From contig OZ024748.1 in the NCBI GenBank assembly GCA_964016885.1, forward strand, positions 62,001-126,000: DNA of 64,000 bases. Reading direction: 5' to 3'. Positions within the stretch are counted from its first letter, which is position 1, and every line of letters begins with the position of its first letter. A model generated the notes under the pieces. That model saw nothing but the letters and a program-made list of their open reading frames with translations. It made no database searches and was not told the origin of the DNA. Source of the DNA: Eledone cirrhosa. Its lineage: Eukaryota. Made by a program: the position numbers and the translations under genes. Positions 25,788 to 39,189 of this stretch are shown one piece after another.

Positions 25788-28700
25788 CCGAGATAATACC
25801 TTAAAATAATGGTAAAAAAAGTGTTTAATTACGAAAATCCTTTGAAATAACTTCCTCGCTCTTACTGGTCATACCTGCAAAACACAAAACACTAGCGTTA
25901 GCGTGAACAGTGCAGTGCAGTGGAGTGCAGTGCAGTGCAGTGTAATTTAGTATGGTGCAGTTTAGTGGCACAGTACACTGTAAAACATTTAGCCAATCTC
26001 TCAGACATTTACAAATCTTTCAAGATATATATATATATATGGGAGAGAGAGAAATTACCCTCAGTAGATCAGACAGAGGGACCAGCTATTGAGATTAACG
26101 AATATAGGGTCCAAGAGGCGATTAAGGAAATGAAAAATGGTGAGGCTGCTGGACCATCGGAGATAGTTGCTGAGATGCTGAAGGCCTCAGGGGACGTAGG
26201 CACTAAACTGGTTGCACACATCATCAATCAGGCTATATATGGCAGTGTCATACCCAAAGACTAGTGCAAAAGTAAAGGGGACGCTCTTGAGAGGAGAAAT
26301 TATAGGGATATAAAACTGATGGATCAGGTTATGAAAGTGGCAGAAAGGATATTAGCACAACTAATTAGAGAAAGGGTCAAACTAGATGAGATGCAGTTTG
26401 GTTTTGTGCCTGGGAATAGTACAACAGATGCCCTCTTCTTGATGAGACAATTACAAGAGAGGTTCTTAGAGAAAAATAAGCCACTATACTTAGCCTTTGT
26501 TGACCTAGAGAAGGCCTTTGATAGGGTACGCCGATCTGTCATCTTATTATTTAACCTATAAATGGGGCCCCAACAGGTACTACTACACCAGGCCAGAGCA
26601 GACCTGGGAGTTATGACAACTAAGGGGGTAACTCCACGTTCCCCACAGTTCCTTCTGAACTTGAGCCTTGCCACTGGATGTAGTTTAATGTCATACCCAG
26701 GACAAATATATACATACATATATATATATGCATACACACATATATATATATATACATATATACAAATATATATATGCGTACGAAAGTGTGGTTACATGAT
26801 GCCTATGCGAGATGTGCGACGCTGCATGGTAGTGAGACATGGACAGCAACTGCAGAGGGTATGCGATGGCTGGAGAGAAATGAAGCAAGCACGCTCCGTT
26901 GGATGTGCAATGTCAATGTGCGGGAACGACCAAGCATAAACGAGTTGAGAGAGAAACTGTGTTTAAGAGGGATAAGTTGTGGTGTGCAAGAGAGGACTGA
27001 GATGGTATGGACATGTGATGCGCATGGAGGTTGAGCGCTGGGTAAAGAAGGGAGACGCAGTAGAGGAAGACCACGAAAAACATGGGTGGAGGTGGTGAGA
27101 GCCGACTTCAGATCGCTGAAACTCACCAAGGAGATGACGAAGGACCGTGACAAGTGAAGAGATGCTTTGCTCAAGAGGACCTGTCCCACCCTTTCAAGCA
27201 GGGAAAAGCGGACGTAAAATGATGAACAGACGATGATAATGATGCTCTCTATATATCTATCTCTCTATCAATCTATCCAGATATCTGTGCATCAGTCTAT
27301 CTATTTACCTACACTTCTCACTCCGTCTCAGGATCACCGAGACATCACCAACAACCAACCCACGCTGTGGGAAACAGTCCTCCCCGGGGCACACCCTGGT
27401 ACTTCACACCATCTGTCTGTCTCGCTGCCTAACTACCGAGAAATCCGGCTTCTGTGCTTGCCTAATTCGTAGGTTATTAGGCAGTTGGCAGGTTTGCGGA
27501 AGTTGGTTTTGCAAATGGTTAAAACACTTGCATCACAAAATTCAAATAGCATCACTCCTTGTTTTATCTTTCTCGTCTTTACCTAGGCCTGCATAAGTTA
27601 GTGTTACGGTTAGTGTTACTGTTAGCGTTACGGCTAGTTTTAGGGTTAATTGAGAGCAAGAAACTGCTGCTAGGTAAAGACAAGAAATTCTGCATTTACA
27701 AGCAATTTTTACAAACAGCCACAATGACAGGACGGAGACATCGTTATGCTAGCAGGGGATTTCAATGGTCATGTTGGACAGCTCTACGATGGTTACACCG
27801 AGGTACGTGTTGGGCACACTTACGGCTTAAGAAATGAAGCAGTGAAACTTCTTGAATTTTGCGATGCAATTGCACTAACCATCTACAACACTAACTTACA
27901 CAAATCTGCCAACCACCTAATAACCTACAAATCAGGCAAGCACATAAGCCAGATTGACTTCTTGCTAGTGAGGCAGCGGGACAGGCAGATGGTGTCAAAT
28001 ACAAAGGCATACCCCGGGGAAGAATGTACCCCAAGCAAGAGACTGAATGAGACATACAGGAAGGTGTGGAAAAAAGAAAGGTCTGGAAGCTAAAAGAGCT
28101 CTCACTAAAATACAAATTTAGGAAAGCCCTTCAATATGTGTATGATGAAAAAGAAGACGATTTAGAGTCGTACAACATAGATGATAACTGGAATTTCTTA
28201 TGCGATACCTTACTGCAGGTTACTGATGAAACTTGTGGCTGGATCAGAGTTCCAACCAGACAGAGAGTGACATGGTGGTGGGACAGCACGGTAGATCGGG
28301 CCATTGGAGACTAAAGACTAGCATGGAATGCTTGCAAAATTAGTGCGAGTAGAGAAGAATATACAGCTGCTAAGAGAGAAGCTAGACGTCAGGTGTACTT
28401 AGCATGCAAGGAGGCTGCTCGACGACGTGCGCTGTTCCGTACTGCGAGGCAGTGTGTCAGTGCAAATCGGGATTAAGTCTGTCCGCAATGATGCCGCTGT
28501 ACTTTGTGTCACGAATGAGTGTTGATGAGTAGAAAAGAGGACAAAACTCTATTCCGTCAGGGAAATGGCCATGTTCGATATGCAGAAACGGAACTGGCAT
28601 AAATTATATAAAACGTACACAAAAGATCGAGTGCGATAGCAGGCACGTAGTGGGATAGCAGGCAAACTAACAGCATATTTTGATTATAATAAAACAAATA

Positions 28701-29389
28701 ATAATAGTAATAATAATAATAATAATCGTCATTGTTCTTTTCTTCTGTGCCTTTCTTTGCCTTCTCTGTCATCTGAATAACAAAAATAAAAGAAAAAAGA
28801 ATCTTAAACATATGTTGCCTTTACAAAGTGCTGTGATCAAAGTAGCTTTTAAGCAATTTCCTAACTAACAAACAACATCAACAAAATATATACAAATATC
28901 TTTGAATGTCAAGTCCACCAAGAGAAAATAGTCATAATGTACTTACAGATACAATGCTAGGGACTCGCATCAATGAGTTTTAGTAGAAAATGACTGACTG
29001 ACTGTTGAGGGACAGAGGTGTGTTTTCAAATATTTATCAATTCACAACAAAGCCTCACAAAGCTACATCATAATGCAAACTCACAACACCCTTCTTATGC
29101 AACCTCACCAAGCAACCCCACAACACAACCTCACGTTCACAATTCACAACACTCAACAAGGCATTCGTTATCTAGGGTTTACAGTAAACATAGCGAGGTA
29201 AGACACACCCAGTACACTCTGTAAAGTGGTCATTAGGTTAAGATTAAACTGAAATCATACCTCCATTGTCGTTGGCGTATATTTTCTCTAAAACTTAATT
29301 TCATTGCTTTCATTTCTCTTCTTTTTCTTCTATTCCATCTAAATATGAAAAAAAAATTATACAGGTCATTTCGTCTTATCAAGAGCTCC

Positions 29390-29420
<31 letters not shown>

Positions 29421-32400
29421 CCGAGATAATACCTTAAAATAATGGTAAAAAAAGTGTTTAATTACGAAAATCCTTTGAAATAACTTCCTCGCTCTTACTG
29501 GTCATACCTGCAAAACACAAAACACTAGCGTTAGCGTGAACAGTGCAGTGCAGTGGAGTGCAGTGCAGTGCAGTGTAATTTAGTATGGTGCAGTTTAGTG
29601 GCACAGTACACTGTAAAACATTTAGCCAATCTCTCAGACATTTACAAATCTTTCAAGATATATATATATATATGGGAGAGAGAGAAATTACCCTCAGTAG
29701 ATCAGACAGAGGGACCAGCTATTGAGATTAACGAATATAGGGTCCAAGAGGCGATTAAGGAAATGAAAAATGGTGAGGCTGCTGGACCATCGGAGATAGT
29801 TGCTGAGATGCTGAAGGCCTCAGGGGACGTAGGCACTAAACTGGTTGCACACATCATCAATCAGGCTATATATGGCAGTGTCATACCCAAAGACTAGTGC
29901 AAAAGTAAAGGGGACGCTCTTGAGAGGAGAAATTATAGGGATATAAAACTGATGGATCAGGTTATGAAAGTGGCAGAAAGGATATTAGCACAACTAATTA
30001 GAGAAAGGGTCAAACTAGATGAGATGCAGTTTGGTTTTGTGCCTGGGAATAGTACAACAGATGCCCTCTTCTTGATGAGACAATTACAAGAGAGGTTCTT
30101 AGAGAAAAATAAGCCACTATACTTAGCCTTTGTTGACCTAGAGAAGGCCTTTGATAGGGTACGCCGATCTGTCATCTTATTATTTAACCTATAAATGGGG
30201 CCCCAACAGGTACTACTACACCAGGCCAGAGCAGACCTGGGAGTTATGACAACTAAGGGGGTAACTCCACGTTCCCCACAGTTCCTTCTGAACTTGAGCC
30301 TTGCCACTGGATGTAGTTTAATGTCATACCCAGGACAAATATATACATACATATATATATATGCATACACACATATATATATATATACATATATACAAAT
30401 ATATATATGCGTACGAAAGTGTGGTTACATGATGCCTATGCGAGATGTGCGACGCTGCATGGTAGTGAGACATGGACAGCAACTGCAGAGGGTATGCGAT
30501 GGCTGGAGAGAAATGAAGCAAGCACGCTCCGTTGGATGTGCAATGTCAATGTGCGGGAACGACCAAGCATAAACGAGTTGAGAGAGAAACTGTGTTTAAG
30601 AGGGATAAGTTGTGGTGTGCAAGAGAGGACTGAGATGGTATGGACATGTGATGCGCATGGAGGTTGAGCGCTGGGTAAAGAAGGGAGACGCAGTAGAGGA
30701 AGACCACGAAAAACATGGGTGGAGGTGGTGAGAGCCGACTTCAGATCGCTGAAACTCACCAAGGAGATGACGAAGGACCGTGACAAGTGAAGAGATGCTT
30801 TGCTCAAGAGGACCTGTCCCACCCTTTCAAGCAGGGAAAAGCGGACGTAAAATGATGAACAGACGATGATAATGATGCTCTCTATATATCTATCTCTCTA
30901 TCAATCTATCCAGATATCTGTGCATCAGTCTATCTATTTACCTACACTTCTCACTCCGTCTCAGGATCACCGAGACATCACCAACAACCAACCCACGCTG
31001 TGGGAAACAGTCCTCCCCGGGGCACACCCTGGTACTTCACACCATCTGTCTGTCTCGCTGCCTAACTACCGAGAAATCCGGCTTCTGTGCTTGCCTAATT
31101 CGTAGGTTATTAGGCAGTTGGCAGGTTTGCGGAAGTTGGTTTTGCAAATGGTTAAAACACTTGCATCACAAAATTCAAATAGCATCACTCCTTGTTTTAT
31201 CTTTCTCGTCTTTACCTAGGCCTGCATAAGTTAGTGTTACGGTTAGTGTTACTGTTAGCGTTACGGCTAGTTTTAGGGTTAATTGAGAGCAAGAAACTGC
31301 TGCTAGGTAAAGACAAGAAATTCTGCATTTACAAGCAATTTTTACAAACAGCCACAATGACAGGACGGAGACATCGTTATGCTAGCAGGGGATTTCAATG
31401 GTCATGTTGGACAGCTCTACGATGGTTACACCGAGGTACGTGTTGGGCACACTTACGGCTTAAGAAATGAAGCAGTGAAACTTCTTGAATTTTGCGATGC
31501 AATTGCACTAACCATCTACAACACTAACTTACACAAATCTGCCAACCACCTAATAACCTACAAATCAGGCAAGCACATAAGCCAGATTGACTTCTTGCTA
31601 GTGAGGCAGCGGGACAGGCAGATGGTGTCAAATACAAAGGCATACCCCGGGGAAGAATGTACCCCAAGCAAGAGACTGAATGAGACATACAGGAAGGTGT
31701 GGAAAAAAGAAAGGTCTGGAAGCTAAAAGAGCTCTCACTAAAATACAAATTTAGGAAAGCCCTTCAATATGTGTATGATGAAAAAGAAGACGATTTAGAG
31801 TCGTACAACATAGATGATAACTGGAATTTCTTATGCGATACCTTACTGCAGGTTACTGATGAAACTTGTGGCTGGATCAGAGTTCCAACCAGACAGAGAG
31901 TGACATGGTGGTGGGACAGCACGGTAGATCGGGCCATTGGAGACTAAAGACTAGCATGGAATGCTTGCAAAATTAGTGCGAGTAGAGAAGAATATACAGC
32001 TGCTAAGAGAGAAGCTAGACGTCAGGTGTACTTAGCATGCAAGGAGGCTGCTCGACGACGTGCGCTGTTCCGTACTGCGAGGCAGTGTGTCAGTGCAAAT
32101 CGGGATTAAGTCTGTCCGCAATGATGCCGCTGTACTTTGTGTCACGAATGAGTGTTGATGAGTAGAAAAGAGGACAAAACTCTATTCCGTCAGGGAAATG
32201 GCCATGTTCGATATGCAGAAACGGAACTGGCATAAATTATATAAAACGTACACAAAAGATCGAGTGCGATAGCAGGCACGTAGTGGGATAGCAGGCAAAC
32301 TAACAGCATATTTTGATTATAATAAAACAAATAATAATAGTAATAATAATAATAATAATCGTCATTGTTCTTTTCTTCTGTGCCTTTCTTTGCCTTCTCT

Positions 32401-33022
32401 GTCATCTGAATAACAAAAATAAAAGAAAAAAGAATCTTAAACATATGTTGCCTTTACAAAGTGCTGTGATCAAAGTAGCTTTTAAGCAATTTCCTAACTA
32501 ACAAACAACATCAACAAAATATATACAAATATCTTTGAATGTCAAGTCCACCAAGAGAAAATAGTCATAATGTACTTACAGATACAATGCTAGGGACTCG
32601 CATCAATGAGTTTTAGTAGAAAATGACTGACTGACTGTTGAGGGACAGAGGTGTGTTTTCAAATATTTATCAATTCACAACAAAGCCTCACAAAGCTACA
32701 TCATAATGCAAACTCACAACACCCTTCTTATGCAACCTCACCAAGCAACCCCACAACACAACCTCACGTTCACAATTCACAACACTCAACAAGGCATTCG
32801 TTATCTAGGGTTTACAGTAAACATAGCGAGGTAAGACACACCCAGTACACTCTGTAAAGTGGTCATTAGGTTAAGATTAAACTGAAATCATACCTCCATT
32901 GTCGTTGGCGTATATTTTCTCTAAAACTTAATTTCATTGCTTTCATTTCTCTTCTTTTTCTTCTATTCCATCTAAATATGAAAAAAAAATTATACAGGTC
33001 ATTTCGTCTTATCAAGAGGTCC

Positions 33023-33058
<36 letters not shown>

Positions 33059-33619
33059 GAGATAATACCTTAAAATAATGGTAAAAAAAGTGTTTAATTA
33101 CGAAAATCCTTTGAAATAACTTCCTCGCTCTTACTGGTCATACCTGCAAAACACAAAACACTAGCGTTAGCGTGAACAGTGCAGTGCAGTGGAGTGCAGT
33201 GCAGTGCAGTGTAATTTAGTATGGTGCAGTTTAGTGGCACAGTACACTGTAAAACATTTAGCCAATCTCTCAGACATTTACAAATCTTTCAAGATATATA
33301 TATATATATGGGAGAGAGAGAAATTACCCTCAGTAGATCAGACAGAGGGACCAGCTATTGAGATTAACGAATATAGGGTCCAAGAGGCGATTAAGGAAAT
33401 GAAAAATGGTGAGGCTGCTGGACCATCGGAGATAGTTGCTGAGATGCTGAAGGCCTCAGGGGACGTAGGCACTAAACTGGTTGCACACATCATCAATCAG
33501 GCTATATATGGCAGTGTCATACCCAAAGACTAGTGCAAAAGTAAAGGGGACGCTCTTGAGAGGAGAAATTATAGGGATATAAAACTGATGGACCAGGTTA
33601 TGAAAGTGGCAGAAAGGAT

Positions 33620-34750
33620 ATAAAAATACAAATTTAGGAAAGCCCTTCAATATGTGTATGATGAAAAAGAAGACGATTTAGAGTCGTACAACATAGATGA
33701 TAACTGGAATTTCTTATGCGATACCTTACTGCAGGTTACTGATGAAACTTGTGGCTGGATCAGAGTTCCAACCAGACAGAGAGTGACATGGTGGTGGGAC
33801 AGCACGGTAGATCGGGCCATTGGAGACTAGCATGGAATGCTTGCAAAATTAGTGCGAGTAGAGAAGAATATACAGCCGCTAAGAGAGAAGCTAGAGGTTA
33901 GGTGTACTTAGCACGCAAGGAGGCTGCTCGACAAGAAGATCAAAGACGCGCCGTGTTCCGTATTGCGAGGCTGTGTGTCAGTGCAAATCGAGATTAAGTT
34001 TGTCTGCTTAATGATGCCGGCGTACTTAGTTTTACGGATGGTCAGAAAAAAAAGGCCTGGAAATGTCATTAAGAGAGACTGATGAATGTGGAGACCCAAT
34101 GTGAGAAAGAGAGAAATTACCCCCCCAGTACATCCGACAGAGGGATCAGCTATTCAGATTGACCAATATATGGTCTAAGAGGCGATTAAGGAAATGAATA
34201 ATGGTAAGGCCGCTGGACCGTCAGGAATAGTTGCCGAGATGCTGCAGGCATCAGGGGACATAGGCACTCAACTGGTTGCACGCTTCATCAAATCAGGCTA
34301 TATATGTCGGTTTTGTACTCAAAGACTGCTGCAGCAATATTCTCGTAAATTGCTACAAAGGTAAAGGAGATGCTCTGGACATGAGCAATTATAGAGGAAT
34401 AAAGCTGATAGATCAGGTTGTGAAAGTGGCAGAAAGGATATTAGCGCAACTAATTAGAGAAAGGGTCCAACTAGATGCGATGCAGTTTGGTTATGTGCCT
34501 GGGAAAAGTGCAACAGATACCCTCTTAGCGAGACAACTACAAGAGAGGTTATTAGAAGCCACTATACTTAGCTTTTGTTGAAATAACTTCCTTTCTCTTA
34601 CTGATCATAACTGCAAAATAGAAAACAGTAGCGTTAGCGTGAACAGTACAGTGCAGTGTAGTGTAGTGTGATTTAGTATGGTGCAGTTTAGTGGCACAGT
34701 ACACTGTAAAACATTTAGCCAATCTCTCAGACATTTACAAATATTTCAAG

Positions 34751-34785
<35 letters not shown>

Positions 34786-35480
34786 ATATACATGGGAGAG
34801 AGAGAAATTACCCTCAGTAGATCAGACAGAAGAACCAGCTATTGAGATTGACGAATATAGGGTCCAAGAGGCAATTAAGGAAATGAAAAATGGTGAGGCT
34901 GCTGGACCATCGGAGATAGTTGTTGAGATGCTGAAGGCCTCAGGGGACGTAGGCACTAAACTGGTTGCACACATCAATCAGGCTATATATGGCAGTGTCA
35001 TACCCAAAGACTAGTGCAAAAGTAAAGGGGATGCTCTTGAGAGGAGAAATTATAGGGGTATAAAACTGATGGATCAGGTTATGAAAGTGGCAGAAAGGAT
35101 ATTAGCACAACTAATTAGAGAAAGGGTCAAACTAGATGAGATGCAGTTTGGTTTTGTGCCTGGGAATAGTACAACAGATGCCCTCTTCTTGATGAGACAA
35201 TTACAAGAGAGGTTCTTAGAGAAAAATAAGCCACTATACTTAGCCTTTGTTGACCTAGAGAAGGCCTTTGATAGGGGTACCCCGATCTGTCATCTTATTA
35301 TTTAACCTATAAAAGGGGCCCTAACAGGTACTACTACACCAGGCCAGAGCAGACCTGGGAGTTATGACAACTAAGGGGGTAACTCCACGTTCCCCACAGT
35401 TCCTCCTGAACTTGAGCCTTGCCACTGGATGTAGTTTAATGTCATACCCAGGACAAATATATACACACACACATATATAT
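33620..35480 (+). repeat. Diverged, rearranged edge monomer of the array
   Basis: Jumps from unit position ~900 to ~2657, continues through RTE linker and RT partly absent from the units (33990-34578), then a diverged copy of unit positions ~395-1260. Confidence 0.85.
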
Positions 35481-35484
35481 ATAT

Positions 35485-36015
35485 CAAAATTGATGGAAGT
35501 TACGGAGTAGGCAGACCCAGAAAAACCTGGGACGATCTGATAAATTCCGACCTTACACACATCTCTCCAAGACAATGTCACTGGACAGAGATCTTTGGCA
35601 CTACGCAGTAATACAGAAGACCTGATTTGTCTATGTACAACGCGAAACCTCGTCAGTAGGCACCTCTTAACCAAAAATACACCCGCATCCCACTACCCTC
35701 TCCTCCAACCTCTTTCTCTGTAAAGTTATGTTGGTACCACAACATCCAGCCCTAAATAAATGAGGTCGTGTAGATGTCACGACAAAAAAAAAAAAAAAAA
35801 AAAAAATCTCCACGCTGTAATGTGCCCGTGTAGGTAACACGGTAAAAACCTCCCAGTCCACACTAAACGTGGTTGGTGTTAGGAAGGGCACCCAACCGTA
35901 GAAAACCTGCCAGACAGTCCTATACGAGCGAGAAAAACCAATCTTGCCTCAAGTGGGACATCTCCCGTCTAAACCCATGCTAGCGTGGAAGATAGACTTT
36001 AAACGATGATGATGA
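35485..36015 (+). mobile_element. RTE LINE 3' end, long-3'UTR subfamily
   Basis: GVGRPRKTWDDLINSDL, then a UTR matching the reverse complement of 41515-41900, ending in (GAT)n. Confidence 0.88.
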
Positions 36016-36179
36016 TATATACACATGGGATAACAAGTTATCGTTTTAGGTAATCCAGTGAGAGGTTTCCTTACTTAGGTAGCGAGTTTGCAATAATTCC
36101 CATGCAGGTCGATCTTGGAGTAATAGTAGTGAAAGAATGAAGAGTAAGATGGTCGGCTGTATAAAAAGGGTTTTATTTA

Positions 36180-36279
36180 CAGTACTAACAATTGTTTCAT
36201 TGAACAGGTGAGTCTAAAAGTCGCTAATCACTCGACCTTAAATACAGTGTGTGGCTCTGATAAAATCATCGGAATACTG
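36180..36279 (-). ncRNA. Penelope-type hammerhead ribozyme with long, degenerate stem II
   Basis: Minus strand: cagtatt-CCGATGA-[~67 nt]-GAAA-caattg-TT-agtactg. Stem I is 7 bp with one G-U, stem III is palindromic, and AATAAA follows. Confidence 0.6.
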
Positions 36280-36669
36280 GAGGGTGTAACACATGGCATT
36301 AGCATTTATAGATACATCAGAGAATCGAGTGAATGAAAACGAAAACATCAATAATAAAAGATAAACAATAATAAAAGTATAAAGAAGAAAGAATGACGAT
36401 ATAAAAAATAAGTACAAAATACGGTTTCTGATAATAGTAGAAGTTATAGTGTAAGTGGATGTGTAAAATAGTGATGACAATAATGATAACAATAACATGA
36501 AAAGGAATACGATATATGTTTCAGCAAAATAAAAAGGCAAGTTGTATAATAAAATATCAAAGGATTAAATAAATAATAAAAAGTAAGAGATAGAGAGATA
36601 AGGAATAGGAGACAGGGACTGAGAATATGGATTCGAGGATGAGACAAAGGGTAGGAATAAGGAGAGGGA

Positions 36670-37340
36670 CTAAAAGTTATGTTTTTCTTAACGATGATAA
36701 TACAAAATTAGAGGAATCAAAAGAGAATTACAGTACTATTCACATGTAGTGCAACTGGTGAAAAGTTTAAACCCCTTTTTACTGAAAAAAGCCTTAAACC
36801 TCGTTGTTTCAAGAATATTGACATTTCTAAACAGGAATTTTATTATAAAAAGAACATTACGGATGGATGACAGACAATATATTTTCATTTTACCTAAAAG
36901 AAATCAATTACGAATTTTTTAAACAATAGAGAAAAGTATTATTGCTCCTTGATAATGCAGCATGCCACAAACAAAGCTTTTAAAATATAAAACTTTTTTT
37001 TTTCTACCCTCGAACACAACTACAAAATTACAACCTTTAGACCAAGGAATAATTTGGTCATTCAAAAGCAACTACAATACGATTTTTATTAATAAAGTTG
37101 GTTAATAAAGATGTGAAAGTGTCAATTTAAAAGGAACGTCATGAGTTACGCCCCTTTATTTTCCGAGTTCAACTTGGCCTTTCATCCTTATAGGGTCGAT
37201 AAATAAAGTACCAGTGATGCACTGGAATAATTGCTGGCAAAAGTAAAAACAGTTATTGCATGGTATTTTTGGTCAGTCCAGGCATGGGATTCGGTTGTAA
37301 AAGAGACAATTGTAAATTGCTGGGAAAAGTCAGGTCTACG
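36670..37340 (+). mobile_element. Tigger/pogo DDE transposase remnant
   Basis: RITVLFTCSATGEKFKPL, KPRCFKN, WMT, KVLLLLDNAACH, FLPSNTTTKLQPLDQGIIWSFK and AWDSVVKETIVNCWEKSG; frameshifts and stops. Confidence 0.88.
37160..37260 (+). mobile_element. SINE fragment inserted in the Tigger remnant
   Basis: gcctttcatcctt...ggtcgataaataaagtaccagt. Related pieces are at 40026-40090 and, reversed, at 48860-49050. Confidence 0.65.
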
Positions 37341-38294
37341 AATACAGAATTCAATGAGTGAAGATTCGGTTGCAAAAGCATTGTGTTTAGAAAATGGGGA
37401 ATACGAGCTGAAATACGCACTTAAGGAACTCAAGGAGCTAAAATATGATAATGTTACTTTTACAATTAAAACTTAAATTTAAATTTTTATGTCTTGTTTT
37501 TAGTTTGGGGAGGGGGGGGGGGATGTCAAAATAACCAACTTTTCTTTTAAAATGTTAATTAAGGTAAACATGACAACTTAAATTCAAGTTTTTTGTCAAA
37601 AAAAAAAAAAAAAGGTCATTATTGACATTTTTACACACACATATATATACATACATACTTATATATACATACATACATACACTAGCTACACTCTACGCTA
37701 TATATATATATACTACGAGTGGTTTTCTGCTAGCATGTGTAGTGTGTATATTGATATTATACGCAAGTATATATACATGTAGATATGATACGTCAAATAA
37801 AATCGCAATTGACAATATACACATTAGTTGAACGAAGACTGTGTTACACTGTCTTATGTGATAAATGATACATTTATAGATAAGGATGAGGGGCTAAATA
37901 TTATCTATATGATTTTACATTGTTGTTATAGGTCTTCGAAGGATATTAGTTATAAGTGATATAATTGAAATACCTTAATCGAAGAGTTGGTAGCTTCTTA
38001 TCGGTAGTAAATGCTGCTGACTTCCAGGATATAAATAAATAGCTCTTCAATGCTCACTCCTCTATAAATATAATTTTATTTGTCGAAAAGGATTGTAGGA
38101 GTCATTTTACAATAAATTTTCGCGCGATGTATCATCTGCAAGTCAGTTCGGTCTGTCATACGCAACTTCCCATTGGTCAGTTTGATGTATGTTGAAAGTA
38201 AAGGAGTGTTTGAATGTGATTGTGGTGTTTGCGGTGGTGCTTGTATTGACACATTGTAGCAGAGGGGAGTATGAGGCTCTGATGTGAGAGCATC

Positions 38295-38505
38295 TGTGTA
38301 GGCCCGCTTTAGTCTGTCAATAGAGTGTGTCTTTATGTCCATTAAAGTCAAAGGTGAAATGTTTATCTCTACGTGCAAGTACACGATAGGGTCCAGAATA
38401 AGGTGGAGTGAGAGGTCTTCTCACCGTCATTTCTGACAAAAACATGGGTCCACGAGGAAAGTCCCTCGGAACAGAATATTTAAAGGTTTGTTGCCTAGTT
38501 TTCAT
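38295..38505 (-). mobile_element. Gypsy LTR-retrotransposon integrase C-terminal (GPY/F) remnant
   Basis: RRPLTPPYSGPYRVLARRDKHFTFDFNGHKDT, then after a frameshift SIDRLKRAY. Confidence 0.8.
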
Positions 38506-39189
38506 GCAAGTCGTGAAGGCGTAGTAGTGGTCGAATTGCCGGAGTACTCCAAAATGTTATCAGCGTAAGAGCTGTGTAGGTGTATAGTCGCCAAGGTGTT
38601 CATCAAAGACGTTCGTAAACTTTAACAAAATAGTTGCGAACAAAACATTTAAAAATAATCTTTTGAAGTCCGTAGTATCCTTGAAACAGTAAAGAGTGCG
38701 CTTATGTTGGCCAAAGTAAAAGCGCGGGAATAAGTGATGAAGAAATAGGAGGTGAGTCGCCACATTGGACAAAAATGCCATGTGCAAACAAAATATTGTG
38801 TTATTGTAAACTCGACATTTTTTTTTTATGTGTGTGAAGGATGTATTCTTTACAGCCAGGTCACCATTTTTTATAGATACATCTTCACGCGTCAACTGTG
38901 TCGGTCTGTCTGGTACGCGTCAACTGTGTCGGGTTTTTAACAAGAGAGTGAGACTGCCCATGTATTCATACGCAACCTCCCATTGGTCAGTTTGACATTA
39001 TTGCGTATGCAAATGTTTGTTTTAATGCGTAGTGGAACTACGTCGCACTTCACAATACCAACATTTGCATAGACGATATTATATATAAACTGCATTAGAA
39101 CAACTACATTTTTTTCGAAACATTTACCTTCACCAGTTGGATACGTGACATTGCCACTGAAACTCCCTTAAATACGACTGAAATATTGG

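Larger units (their letters stand above)
1..33619. repeat. Tandem macrosatellite-like array, ~9.2 copies of a 3633-3641-bp unit (continues past the left edge)
   Basis: The same ORF recurs at 470, 4105, 7741, 11376, 15011, 18652, 22287, 25920, 29553 and 33189 (periods 3635, 3636, 3635, 3635, 3641, 3635, 3633, 3633, 3636). Only a few SNPs and homopolymer differences are visible. Colinearity breaks at ~33619. Confidence 0.98.

Noticed and set aside
1-33619. CRISPR array, rDNA/5S, histone or snRNA tandem cluster
   Set aside because: No repeat-spacer pattern and no recognisable rRNA, tRNA, snRNA or histone sequence in the unit.
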